DNA of 36,921 nucleotides, taken from positions 1 through 36,921 of IMG/VR virus record IMGVR_UViG_2531839667_000014; one strand, written 5' to 3'. The translations under genes and the position numbers were made by a program. Of the stretch, positions 30,234-36,921 are shown piece after piece (positions within the stretch are counted from its first letter, which is position 1; each line of letters opens with the position of its first letter). The notes beneath the pieces were generated by a model. That model saw nothing but the letters and a program-made list of their open reading frames with translations. It did no database searches and was not told the DNA's origin. The stretch comes from a virus (taxonomy: Duplodnaviria > Heunggongvirae > Uroviricota > Caudoviricetes).

Positions 30234-30659
30234 TTAGTGCATCACCAGGGCATTTCCCGCCGGACCACCACGATTCATCTGATTGAAACCAGCGATCGCC
30301 ACTGCGACAAAATCATCAGCGTCTCTCACCAGTCGTTCCCGCGTCTCCACCAGCTCCCGAAAATAGGCTGAACTGTGGCTGCGCATTCGGGCCACCAGCA
30401 GAGGTGGCATTGCCTTTTCGATCGCTGGTAACAACGCCTGAATTTTTTTAACCGCATCAGGGGTGTCTTTCTCCACCCAGCGGAAAATTTTCTGAGTATT
30501 GCGAGCCAGGGCTTCCGGATGGCTGTCGTCATACAGTTCCGGAAACGTCATACCCAACTCAAAATAAGCCTGGGTTATTCCAGCTGCCGGAACTTTTTCG
30601 CCATAAGTACGCGCCCAGGCATTCATCGCCATGCGGATGTGTTCATGCTTGATTTTCAT
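30234..30659 (-). CDS. YdaT-like / CII-position regulator (putative)
   Basis: 141 aa starting MKIKHEHI...; second gene of the rightward early operon after the cro-like gene; family call from memory and weak. Confidence 0.4.
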   Translation of the reverse strand: MKIKHEHIRMAMNAWARTYGEKVPAAGITQAYFELGMTFPELYDDSHPEALARNTQKIFRWVEKDTPDAVKKIQALLPAIEKAMPPLLVARMRSHSSAYFRELVETRERLVRDADDFVAVAIAGFNQMNRGGPAGNALVMH

Positions 30660-30918
30660 GAATCAACTCCGGTGTATTTGGTGTGTTAGCCTTATCTCCA
30701 ACAGGCAACCCGTCTGTTGGATTCGGGTATAAATCTGGTCGCAATTCATGAGGAGTCACCCCAGTTGCAATATAAATTTGACGAACCCGTTCTCCTGTCG
30801 GCACTCGACCTTTGTATTCATTTGCCCATTTGTGTATTTGAGACGGCCAAGCCCCTATTGCTCGCCCTAGCGGACGAATACCACCAGCAATCTTTATTGC
30901 TTTGTCCAATGCTGTCAT
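30643..30918 (-). CDS. Cro-like (YdaS/DicC-type) HTH regulator
   Basis: 91 aa; HTH-like segment near the N-terminus; GGAGG RBS 5 nt upstream; divergent from the repressor gene. Confidence 0.65.
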   Translation of the reverse strand: MTALDKAIKIAGGIRPLGRAIGAWPSQIHKWANEYKGRVPTGERVRQIYIATGVTPHELRPDLYPNPTDGLPVGDKANTPNTPELIHENQA

Positions 30919-30946
30919 ACAACCTCCAATTCAACTAATCACAACA

Positions 30947-31015
30947 ATTGTTCACTTAAAACGAACATAAGTCAACAACCTGAGGAATTGTTAGTGTTCA
31001 CTGAACGGTTATAAT
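30947..31015. promoter_or_regulatory. immunity switch: divergent promoters with operator repeats
   Basis: Minus-strand promoter TTGACT-N17-AACAAT (30975..30947) overlapped by TGTTC-N9-GAACA (30949..30967); plus-strand promoter TTGTTA-N16-TATAAT (30988..31015) with the palindrome GTTCAcTGAAC (30996..31006) in its spacer; TATAAT ends 6 nt before the repressor ATG. Confidence 0.6.
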
Positions 31016-31021
31016 TGCCAA

Positions 31022-31411
31022 ATGGACATGAGAAAAAAGCAATACGACACCCCGCTGGCAGAAAGGTTAGATACGATCTCGCAACAGCATCATTTAAGCG
31101 GTTCAGATTTAGCGCGTATCGCTGGTGTAGGTCGTTCATCAGTCAACGCATGGAAAAAAAGAGGGACAATCAGTAAAGATTCCGCAGCTAAAATTGCAGA
31201 AGCTACAAACGTTTCCCTTTCTTGGCTACTGACAGGAAAAGAAGATACAAATAGAGAGGCGCTTGATGATGATGAGAAAGCCCTGCTTGATGTTTACAGA
31301 AACCTGCCACCCGTAGAACGTAGAAATATGCTGGCAGCTTTTCAAATGCGACTTCAAAAACTGACCGAATTTTACTCAGAATACGTTGACCCAATCACAC
31401 GACAAAAATAA
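31022..31411 (+). CDS. CI/DicA-like repressor (HTH-XRE type, no peptidase domain)
   Basis: 129 aa with HTH ...LSGSDLARIAGVGRSSVNAWKKRG...; divergent from the cro-like gene; followed by a terminator and the dicB-operon promoter. Confidence 0.7.
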   Translation: MDMRKKQYDTPLAERLDTISQQHHLSGSDLARIAGVGRSSVNAWKKRGTISKDSAAKIAEATNVSLSWLLTGKEDTNREALDDDEKALLDVYRNLPPVERRNMLAAFQMRLQKLTEFYSEYVDPITRQK

Positions 31412-31432
31412 TTCTTTATTTTACAAAATGAT

Positions 31433-31455
31433 ACCGCCGTAAGGCGGTTTTTTTT
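31433..31455 (+). terminator. rho-independent terminator after the repressor gene
   Basis: ACCGCC-gtaa-GGCGGT followed by TTTTTTTT. Confidence 0.7.
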
Positions 31456-31466
31456 GCCTCTCGCGC

Positions 31467-31495
31467 ATTCATAGTGTTGACATTTGTTCACCTAA
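31467..31495 (+). promoter_or_regulatory. promoter of the dicB-type operon with overlapping operator
   Basis: TTGACA (31467..31472), 17-nt spacer, AACAAT (31490..31495); operator TGTTC-N9-GAACA at 31475..31493 has the same geometry as the site in the cro-like promoter. Confidence 0.6.
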
Positions 31496-31578
31496 AGAGA
31501 ACAATGTATTCCATCAAAGTACAACGGTGCGACAGGTCTTAGTTCCGCTACCCCGGCGTTAAGGGGAAATGAGGTCAC

Positions 31579-31734
31579 ATGGATACTATCAATCTTGGCA
31601 ACAACGAATCTCTGGCATACGGTGTGTTTCCCAACCAGGACGGTACGTTCACCGCTATGACGTATACCAAAAGCAAAACGTTTAAAACCGAATCTGGCGC
31701 ACGTCGCTGGCTGGAAAGAAACTCAGGTGAGTGA
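31579..31734 (+). CDS. ydfA: small protein, YdfA-equivalent (51 aa)
   Basis: Manually found ORF MDTINLGNNESLAYGVFPNQDGTFTAMTYTKSKTFKTESGARRWLERNSGE; length and operon position match K-12 ydfA as recalled; symbol assigned by synteny. Confidence 0.55.
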   Translation: MDTINLGNNESLAYGVFPNQDGTFTAMTYTKSKTFKTESGARRWLERNSGE

Positions 31735-31735
31735 T

Positions 31736-31864
31736 ATGGATTTCGACACAATCATGGAAAAGGCTTACGAAGAATACTTCGAAGGCCTTGCCGAAGGCGA
31801 AGAAGCTCTCAGCTTCAGTGAGTTTAAACAGGCGCTTTCCTGCTCGGAAAAATCTAACGGCTGA
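31736..31864 (+). CDS. ydfB: small acidic protein, YdfB-equivalent (42 aa)
   Basis: Manually found ORF MDFDTIMEKAYEEYFEGLAEGEEALSFSEFKQALSCSEKSNG starting 1 nt after the ydfA stop; symbol by size and synteny. Confidence 0.5.
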   Translation: MDFDTIMEKAYEEYFEGLAEGEEALSFSEFKQALSCSEKSNG

Positions 31865-31893
31865 TAAGCGAAGCAGCACCGCGAGGAATCAGT

Positions 31894-32112
31894 ATGCAGA
31901 AACGAGAACCCGTCATCATCGCGCCAGACTATACCGATGATGAACTTTATGAGTGGATGCACCAGAAAATTAAGGCAGCGCAGGACCTGAAATGGGCCAA
32001 TGAAGCCAGGGCTAAGCAGGCCGAAAATCTGTCTGCTCTGGAAAAAGATATTACCAATCTGGAAAAAGCAGCGGCATTAAGTATCGCCAGAATGATTACA
32101 TACCCGCGTTAA
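31894..32112 (+). CDS. ydfC: small protein, YdfC-equivalent (72 aa)
   Basis: 72-aa ORF with a coiled-coil-like sequence; third gene of the operon; symbol by size and synteny. Confidence 0.55.
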   Translation: MQKREPVIIAPDYTDDELYEWMHQKIKAAQDLKWANEARAKQAENLSALEKDITNLEKAAALSIARMITYPR

Positions 32113-32452
32113 TAGCTAAACAACGAAGCTAAGGTTGGTAATTAAGGAGTTCTCCACGGGTGAGGTGGAGTGCGTGCGCCGGACACGGGTGAACATCCGG
32201 CACTGACAGTTTACTGAAAGGATATTTCCCTGAAAAGTCAGACCATAACGCGAAAGCGCACGGCGAGGTAGCTGGTTCATAGATAGCCTGTCGTTAAATT
32301 TTCGTCGACCGTGCGCTTCCGGTTGTGGCAATCCGCGAAATGGCGCGGCGGTAAGTATGGCGGGGTTATTCCTTCCCCGTTGAGGACACCGGGTTGTCAG
32401 GTTGACCATACGCTTAAGTGACAACCCCGCTGCAACGCCCTCTGTTATCAAT

Positions 32453-32508
32453 TTTCTGGTGACGTTTGGCGGCATCTGTTTGCCCATGAACTGATGTCCG
32501 CCCTTTTT
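32453..32508 (+). ncRNA. dicF: DicF-like small RNA (cell-division inhibitor sRNA)
   Basis: TTTCTGGTGACGTTTGGCGG...GATGTCCGCCCTTTTT: the 5' and terminator-hairpin ends match K-12 DicF as I recall it; sits between ydfC and dicB; exact ends uncertain. Confidence 0.6.
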
Positions 32509-32677
32509 AAAGTGAATTTTGTGATGCGGTGAATGCGGCTAAGCGCACGCGGAACAGTTAAAGCTAAAAACAGTGTTATGGGTGGATTCTCTGTATCCGG
32601 CGTTAATTGTTAACTGGTTAACGTCACCTGGAGGCACCAGGCACCGCATCACAAAATTCATTGTTGAGGACGCGATA

Positions 32678-32866
32678 ATGGAAACGTTATTACCAAACGT
32701 TAATACGTCTGAAGGTTGTTTTGAAATTGGTGTCACTATCAGCAATCAGATATTTACTGAAGATGCCATTAATAAAAGAAAACACGAACAGGAACTGCTA
32801 AATAAAATATGCATTGTTTCGATGCTGGCCCGTTTACGTCTGATGCAAACAGGATGCAGGCAATGA
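32678..32866 (+). CDS. dicB: cell division inhibitor DicB
   Basis: 62 aa METLLPNVNTSEGCFEIGVTISNQIFTEDAINKRKHEQELLNKICIVSMLARLRLMQTGCRQ, near-identical to K-12 DicB from memory; GAGGA RBS; the track ORF is over-extended upstream. Confidence 0.9.
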   Translation: METLLPNVNTSEGCFEIGVTISNQIFTEDAINKRKHEQELLNKICIVSMLARLRLMQTGCRQ

Positions 32867-33054
32867 ATACGGCATTTGTACTCGTTCTGACTGTTTTTTT
32901 TGTTTCTGGTGAACCGATTGATCTTGTTATTGACATACATGACTCAATGGAAGAATGCATGACTGCCGCGGCAGAGCAAAAAATTCCCGGGAACTGTTAT
33001 CCTGTCGACAAAATTATTCGCATGAACAATAACGAAATCCCGGCAGGCCTTTAA
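32863..33054 (+). CDS. ydfD: YdfD-like small membrane protein
   Basis: 63 aa MNTAFVLVLTVFFVSGEPIDLVIDIHDSMEECMTAAAEQKIPGNCYPVDKIIRMNNNEIPAGL; ATGA overlap with the dicB stop. Confidence 0.8.
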   Translation: MNTAFVLVLTVFFVSGEPIDLVIDIHDSMEECMTAAAEQKIPGNCYPVDKIIRMNNNEIPAGL

Positions 33055-33143
33055 AGCCCCATAATAAATATCCGGTTTTATTTTTATATGTCAGCAATGG
33101 CAGGGATTTGTCCACCCTTAAATCTGTAATGAGGTAAAACAAA

Positions 33144-35615
33144 ATGAGTAAAGTCTTTATTTGCGCCGCCATTCCGGACGAACAGGCAACAGCAGAAGGC
33201 GCCAAACCTGTGGCCACTGCCATTGAAGCAGGCGACGAACGCCGGGCAAGAGCCAAATTTAGCTGGTTATTTCTGGAACAATACCCGGAAGCTCAGGACT
33301 GTGCTTATAAATTTCTTGTCTGCGAGGATAAACCCGGCATGGCCCGCCCTGCTCTCGATTCCTGGGATTCCGAATATATGCAGGAAAACCGCTGGAATGA
33401 GGAGTCGGCTTCCTTTGTTCCGGTCGACCCTGAACCGGATACAGAAACTGTTAACTTTAATCAGTTATCTGAAGACAAGCGGGCTGCTGTCCTTGTCAGG
33501 TTCGGTACACATGAAAACATCACCGTGGATATGGTCATCAATGCAAGCGGGCTTCTCGGCGATGACGAGATGACGACTTTTGATGGACACCTCACTGAAG
33601 CAATTATCAGGACTAAAGAAATTAACGCCATGTATCCTGAGCGTCAGACTGAGTACATCAACGATGCCAGACGTGATTTAAAACCAACAGCCAAATGGCC
33701 CGACGTTCAGGCGTATTTTCTCGAACGTAAAAAACGCATGGAAAAGGAGCGCAAAGAAGGTGGAGCATATAATTCCGTCGTCGATCTTGCCCGCGCCAGA
33801 GTCAACCGGCAAGGCACTGAAAACTCTGCAGGAAAAACTGACTCCGTAACTGCTGTCGTTCGTCGCGAATACAGGCAGACATGGAAAACACTGGATGAAG
33901 AACTGGCCTACGCTTTCTGGCCTGGTGATATTGATGCCGGAAACATTGACGGCAGCATCCATCGCTGGGCAAAAAATGAAGTTATCGACAAAGATCGCGA
34001 AGACTGGAAGCGTATTTCCGCATTAATGCGCAAACAACCTGATGCCGTTCGCTACGACCGTCAGACTATTTTTGGCCTTGTCCGTGAGCGTCCGATCGAC
34101 ATTCACAAAGATCCCGTGGCGCTGAACAAATACATCACTGAATACCTGGCGACAAAGGGCGTGTTTGAGGATGAAGAAACAGACCAGAGCACTGCTGATA
34201 TTCTCCAGCCGTCAGCAGCACAAACTGATGCAGTGGAAACTGAAGTATCTGATACCCAAAAAAATGAAAGCGCGCTGGAAACTGAACCATCTGTAGAGCG
34301 TGAAGGACCGTTCTACTTCCTCTTCACCGATAAGGATGGCGAAAAATATGGTCGTGCAAACAAACTTTCTGGTCTGAATAAGGCGCTGGCTGCCGGGGCT
34401 ACTGAAATCACGAAAGAAGAATATTTTGCCCGTAAAAACGGCACGTACTCAGGTTCACAACAAAATACTGGTGCATCTGACACGACCGCACAACCAGAGC
34501 CGGTAAAAGTTACCGCTGACGAAGTAAACAAAATTATGCAGGCAGCCAATATCAGCCAGCCTGACGCCGATAAGTTGCTTGCTGCCTCTCGCGGAGAATT
34601 TGTTGCAGGGATTAGCGACCCGAATGATCCGAAATGGGTGAAGGGGATTGAAACCCGCGATTCTGTAAACCAGAACCAGCAAGAATCGGAACAGAACGAC
34701 CAGAAAGCGGAACAAAACAGCCCAAATGCGCAACAAAACGAGCCAGAAACGAAACAATCCAAACCAGTAACGCAACAGGAACCTGAAAAAGTCTGCACCG
34801 CCTGCGGTCAGAGCGGTGGCGGCAACTGCCCTGATTGTGGCGCGGTGATGGGCGACGCAACATACCAGGAAACATTCGATGACGAGAATCAGGTTGAAGT
34901 TCAGGAAGACGATTCGGAGAAAATGGAAGGCGCTGAACATCCACACAAGGAGAATGCTGGCAGCGATCAGGATCACGCCAGCGATAGTGAAACTGGCGAG
35001 ACGGCAGATCCCTTAATTGCGGTGAACGGTCATCACGTTATCACATCCACCAACAGAGCGGGGATTCATCTGATGATCGACCTTGAAACCATGGGAAAAA
35101 ATCCTGATGCCCCGATTATCGCAATAGGTGCAATATTTTTCGATCCGCAAACCGGAGATATGGGGCCGGAATTTAGCAAGACCATCGATCTGGATACTGC
35201 TGGCGGAGTCATTGATCGTGACGTCATTAAATGGTGGCTTAAGCAATCACGTGAGACGCAATCTGCCATTCTGACCGATGAAATTCCGTTAGATGATGCA
35301 CTACTGCAATTGCGGGAATTTATAGATGAAAACTCCGGTGAATTTTTTGTTCAGGTCTGGGGAAATGGAGCCAACTTCGACAACGTGATTTTACGCCGTT
35401 CATACGAACGACAGGGTATCCCCTGCCCGTGGCGCTACTGCAACGATCGCGATGTACGCACAATCGTTGAGCTGGGGAAAGCTATAGACTTCGATGCCAG
35501 AACGGCTATCCCATTCGAAGGTGAGCGCCACAATGCACTTGATGACGCCCGTTACCAGGCAAAATACGTTTCAGCTATCTGGCAAAAACTGATCCCGAAT
35601 CAGGCTGATTTTTAA
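33144..35615 (+). CDS. large multidomain protein: RecE-like N-terminal/central regions, zinc ribbon, C-terminal DEDDh 3'-5' exonuclease domain
   Basis: 823 aa; C-terminal motifs DLET, NGANFD and HNALDDA (DnaQ-like DEDDh); CxxC-x8-CxxC (CTACGQSGGGNCPDCG); Q/N/E-rich low-complexity linker; central segment ...LLAASRGEFVAGISDPNDPKWVKGIETRD... resembles Rac RecE from memory. Confidence 0.8.
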   Translation: MSKVFICAAIPDEQATAEGAKPVATAIEAGDERRARAKFSWLFLEQYPEAQDCAYKFLVCEDKPGMARPALDSWDSEYMQENRWNEESASFVPVDPEPDTETVNFNQLSEDKRAAVLVRFGTHENITVDMVINASGLLGDDEMTTFDGHLTEAIIRTKEINAMYPERQTEYINDARRDLKPTAKWPDVQAYFLERKKRMEKERKEGGAYNSVVDLARARVNRQGTENSAGKTDSVTAVVRREYRQTWKTLDEELAYAFWPGDIDAGNIDGSIHRWAKNEVIDKDREDWKRISALMRKQPDAVRYDRQTIFGLVRERPIDIHKDPVALNKYITEYLATKGVFEDEETDQSTADILQPSAAQTDAVETEVSDTQKNESALETEPSVEREGPFYFLFTDKDGEKYGRANKLSGLNKALAAGATEITKEEYFARKNGTYSGSQQNTGASDTTAQPEPVKVTADEVNKIMQAANISQPDADKLLAASRGEFVAGISDPNDPKWVKGIETRDSVNQNQQESEQNDQKAEQNSPNAQQNEPETKQSKPVTQQEPEKVCTACGQSGGGNCPDCGAVMGDATYQETFDDENQVEVQEDDSEKMEGAEHPHKENAGSDQDHASDSETGETADPLIAVNGHHVITSTNRAGIHLMIDLETMGKNPDAPIIAIGAIFFDPQTGDMGPEFSKTIDLDTAGGVIDRDVIKWWLKQSRETQSAILTDEIPLDDALLQLREFIDENSGEFFVQVWGNGANFDNVILRRSYERQGIPCPWRYCNDRDVRTIVELGKAIDFDARTAIPFEGERHNALDDARYQAKYVSAIWQKLIPNQADF

Positions 35616-35681
35616 TGTTCAACCCTGATCGCCGTCCACCAGCTATAGTGGCGGCGGTCATGCTGTAAGGCACGTGACCAC

Positions 35682-35933
35682 ATGTACGAATTAACTCTAT
35701 CGCCAGCAGAGATTAGAGAGCTCACGAGATACGAACGGTACACAAAACAGCAACACCAGTTAAGGTTGCACGGTATCCCATTTGTAACCGGTCCTAAAAA
35801 CGAACCAATAGTTCTTCGCAGTGATGTTCCACGCGGAGTGACTGCGATGCCGAAAGTATCTGAACTGGTTTCTGCTGAACCCGATTTTGAGGCGCTGAAC
35901 AATGGGAAGACCAAGAAAAAACAAAAAAGATAA
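35682..35933 (+). CDS. xis: excisionase
   Basis: 83 aa, basic C-terminus, overlaps the int start by 32 nt as lambda xis does. Confidence 0.8.
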   Translation: MYELTLSPAEIRELTRYERYTKQQHQLRLHGIPFVTGPKNEPIVLRSDVPRGVTAMPKVSELVSAEPDFEALNNGKTKKKQKR

Positions 35934-36921
35934 TGCACTACCACCGCGTGTTAGATCAAATGGTTACAGTTACGTGTGGAAACCCGAGGGAAGCACAAGA
36001 ACTATAGGGCTCGGAAGAGTGCGGGAAACCAGCGTAGCTAAAGTCTGGCAAAATTATGAACTGGAAAAAGCAAAACTCCACAACATAATGACCGTCGCTA
36101 AATTATGGCATATGTTTATGGATTCTCCCGCATTTACAGAGCTGGCCCCCAGAACCCAAAAAGATTATCGGCAACATCAAAGAGCGTTGCTGGCGGTATT
36201 CGGGAAAGTACTGGCTGATAATGTAAAAATTGAGCAGGTAAGAATTTTCATGGATAAACGAGGACTAGAAAGCAAAACCCAGGCAAACCATGAACTGGCA
36301 AGTCTGAGTCGCGTATACGGATGGGGGTATGAGCGTGGATATGTGAAAAATAATCCATGCAAAGGAGTCAGAAAATTCACGCTTAAAGCCCGTACTGTTT
36401 ACATCACTGATGAACAGTATGCTGCGATATATGCGGAAGCAATTCCACAGTTACGTATTGCAATGGAGATATCCTATCTTTGTGCGGCAAGGCTCGGTGA
36501 TGTGCTCGAGCTAAAATGGCAGGATATTATGGATAAAGGAATTTACATTGAGCAAAACAAGACTGGTGCTAAACAAATTAAGGAATGGTCTCCGCGATTA
36601 CGTACCGCGATCCAGTTAGCCCGAAATGTAACTTCCGGCACATGCGAGTATGTGATCAACACAACCAAAGGTGGGAAAGTTATAGCCAAAACGCTGAACA
36701 ACTGGTGGAATCAGGCTAAACGCGCAGCAGAGCAAAAAGCCGGTGTTCCGTTTGGGTGCAATTTCCATGACATAAAAGCCAAAGGGATATCAGATTACGA
36801 GGGAAGCAGTCGCGACAAACAAATTTTCAGTGGGCATAAAACAGAAAATCAGGTGTTGATTTATGATCGAAAAACAAAAGTCACACCAACACTGGACTTG
36901 CCACTTGTGGTTAGTAAATAG
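35902..36921 (+). CDS. int: tyrosine integrase (lambda Int family)
   Basis: 339 aa; N-terminal arm-binding-like MGRPRK...NGYSYVWKPEG; C-terminal catalytic region with a conserved Tyr (...VLIYDRK...); stop codon is the last triplet of the window. Confidence 0.9.
   Translation: MGRPRKNKKDNALPPRVRSNGYSYVWKPEGSTRTIGLGRVRETSVAKVWQNYELEKAKLHNIMTVAKLWHMFMDSPAFTELAPRTQKDYRQHQRALLAVFGKVLADNVKIEQVRIFMDKRGLESKTQANHELASLSRVYGWGYERGYVKNNPCKGVRKFTLKARTVYITDEQYAAIYAEAIPQLRIAMEISYLCAARLGDVLELKWQDIMDKGIYIEQNKTGAKQIKEWSPRLRTAIQLARNVTSGTCEYVINTTKGGKVIAKTLNNWWNQAKRAAEQKAGVPFGCNFHDIKAKGISDYEGSSRDKQIFSGHKTENQVLIYDRKTKVTPTLDLPLVVSK

Noticed and set aside
32116-32487. 123-aa minus-strand ORF
   Set aside because: Antisense to the ydfC-dicF spacer and to DicF itself; no RBS; better explained as the structured DicF precursor region.
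34313-34976. Three overlapping minus-strand ORFs (110 to 173 aa) with Cys/Phe-rich low-complexity translations
   Set aside because: They fall inside the Q/N/E-rich linker of the 823-aa plus-strand gene; low-complexity antisense frames are expected there.

Overview
The window is almost entirely one lambdoid prophage of enterobacterial (E. coli-like) type, with the late genes on the minus strand and the early-left operon on the plus strand. Reading from coordinate 1: a partial side tail fibre gene (stf), lom, a lambda-type tail module (J, I, K, L, M, tape measure H, G/GT chaperone, major tail V), an HK97-type head module (connector proteins, major capsid, prohead protease, portal), large and small terminase, an HNH endonuclease, a phage-21-type lysis cassette (pinholin, SAR endolysin, Rz with embedded Rz1), two tRNA genes (Gly-UCC, Thr-UGU), a Q-like antiterminator with a lambda-like late promoter and terminator, a nin-like region (RusA, DUF968/HNH protein, hok-type toxin), a replication initiator carrying candidate origin iterons, a divergent cro-like/CI-like immunity switch with shared operators, a dicB-type operon (ydfA, ydfB, ydfC, DicF sRNA, dicB, ydfD), an 823-aa RecE-like protein ending in a DEDDh 3'-5' exonuclease domain, then xis and int finishing at the window end. 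The attachment site lies beyond the window. An intact 1954-bp IS21-family element (IS100-like) with a 5-bp target duplication splits the tail assembly chaperone gene, so the tail operon is probably crippled. The best candidates for undescribed biology are the exonuclease protein with no annealase partner and a cluster of uncharacterised small genes at 27.0-28.1 kb. All homology statements are from memory of protein families and motifs read in the translations; no database search was run.
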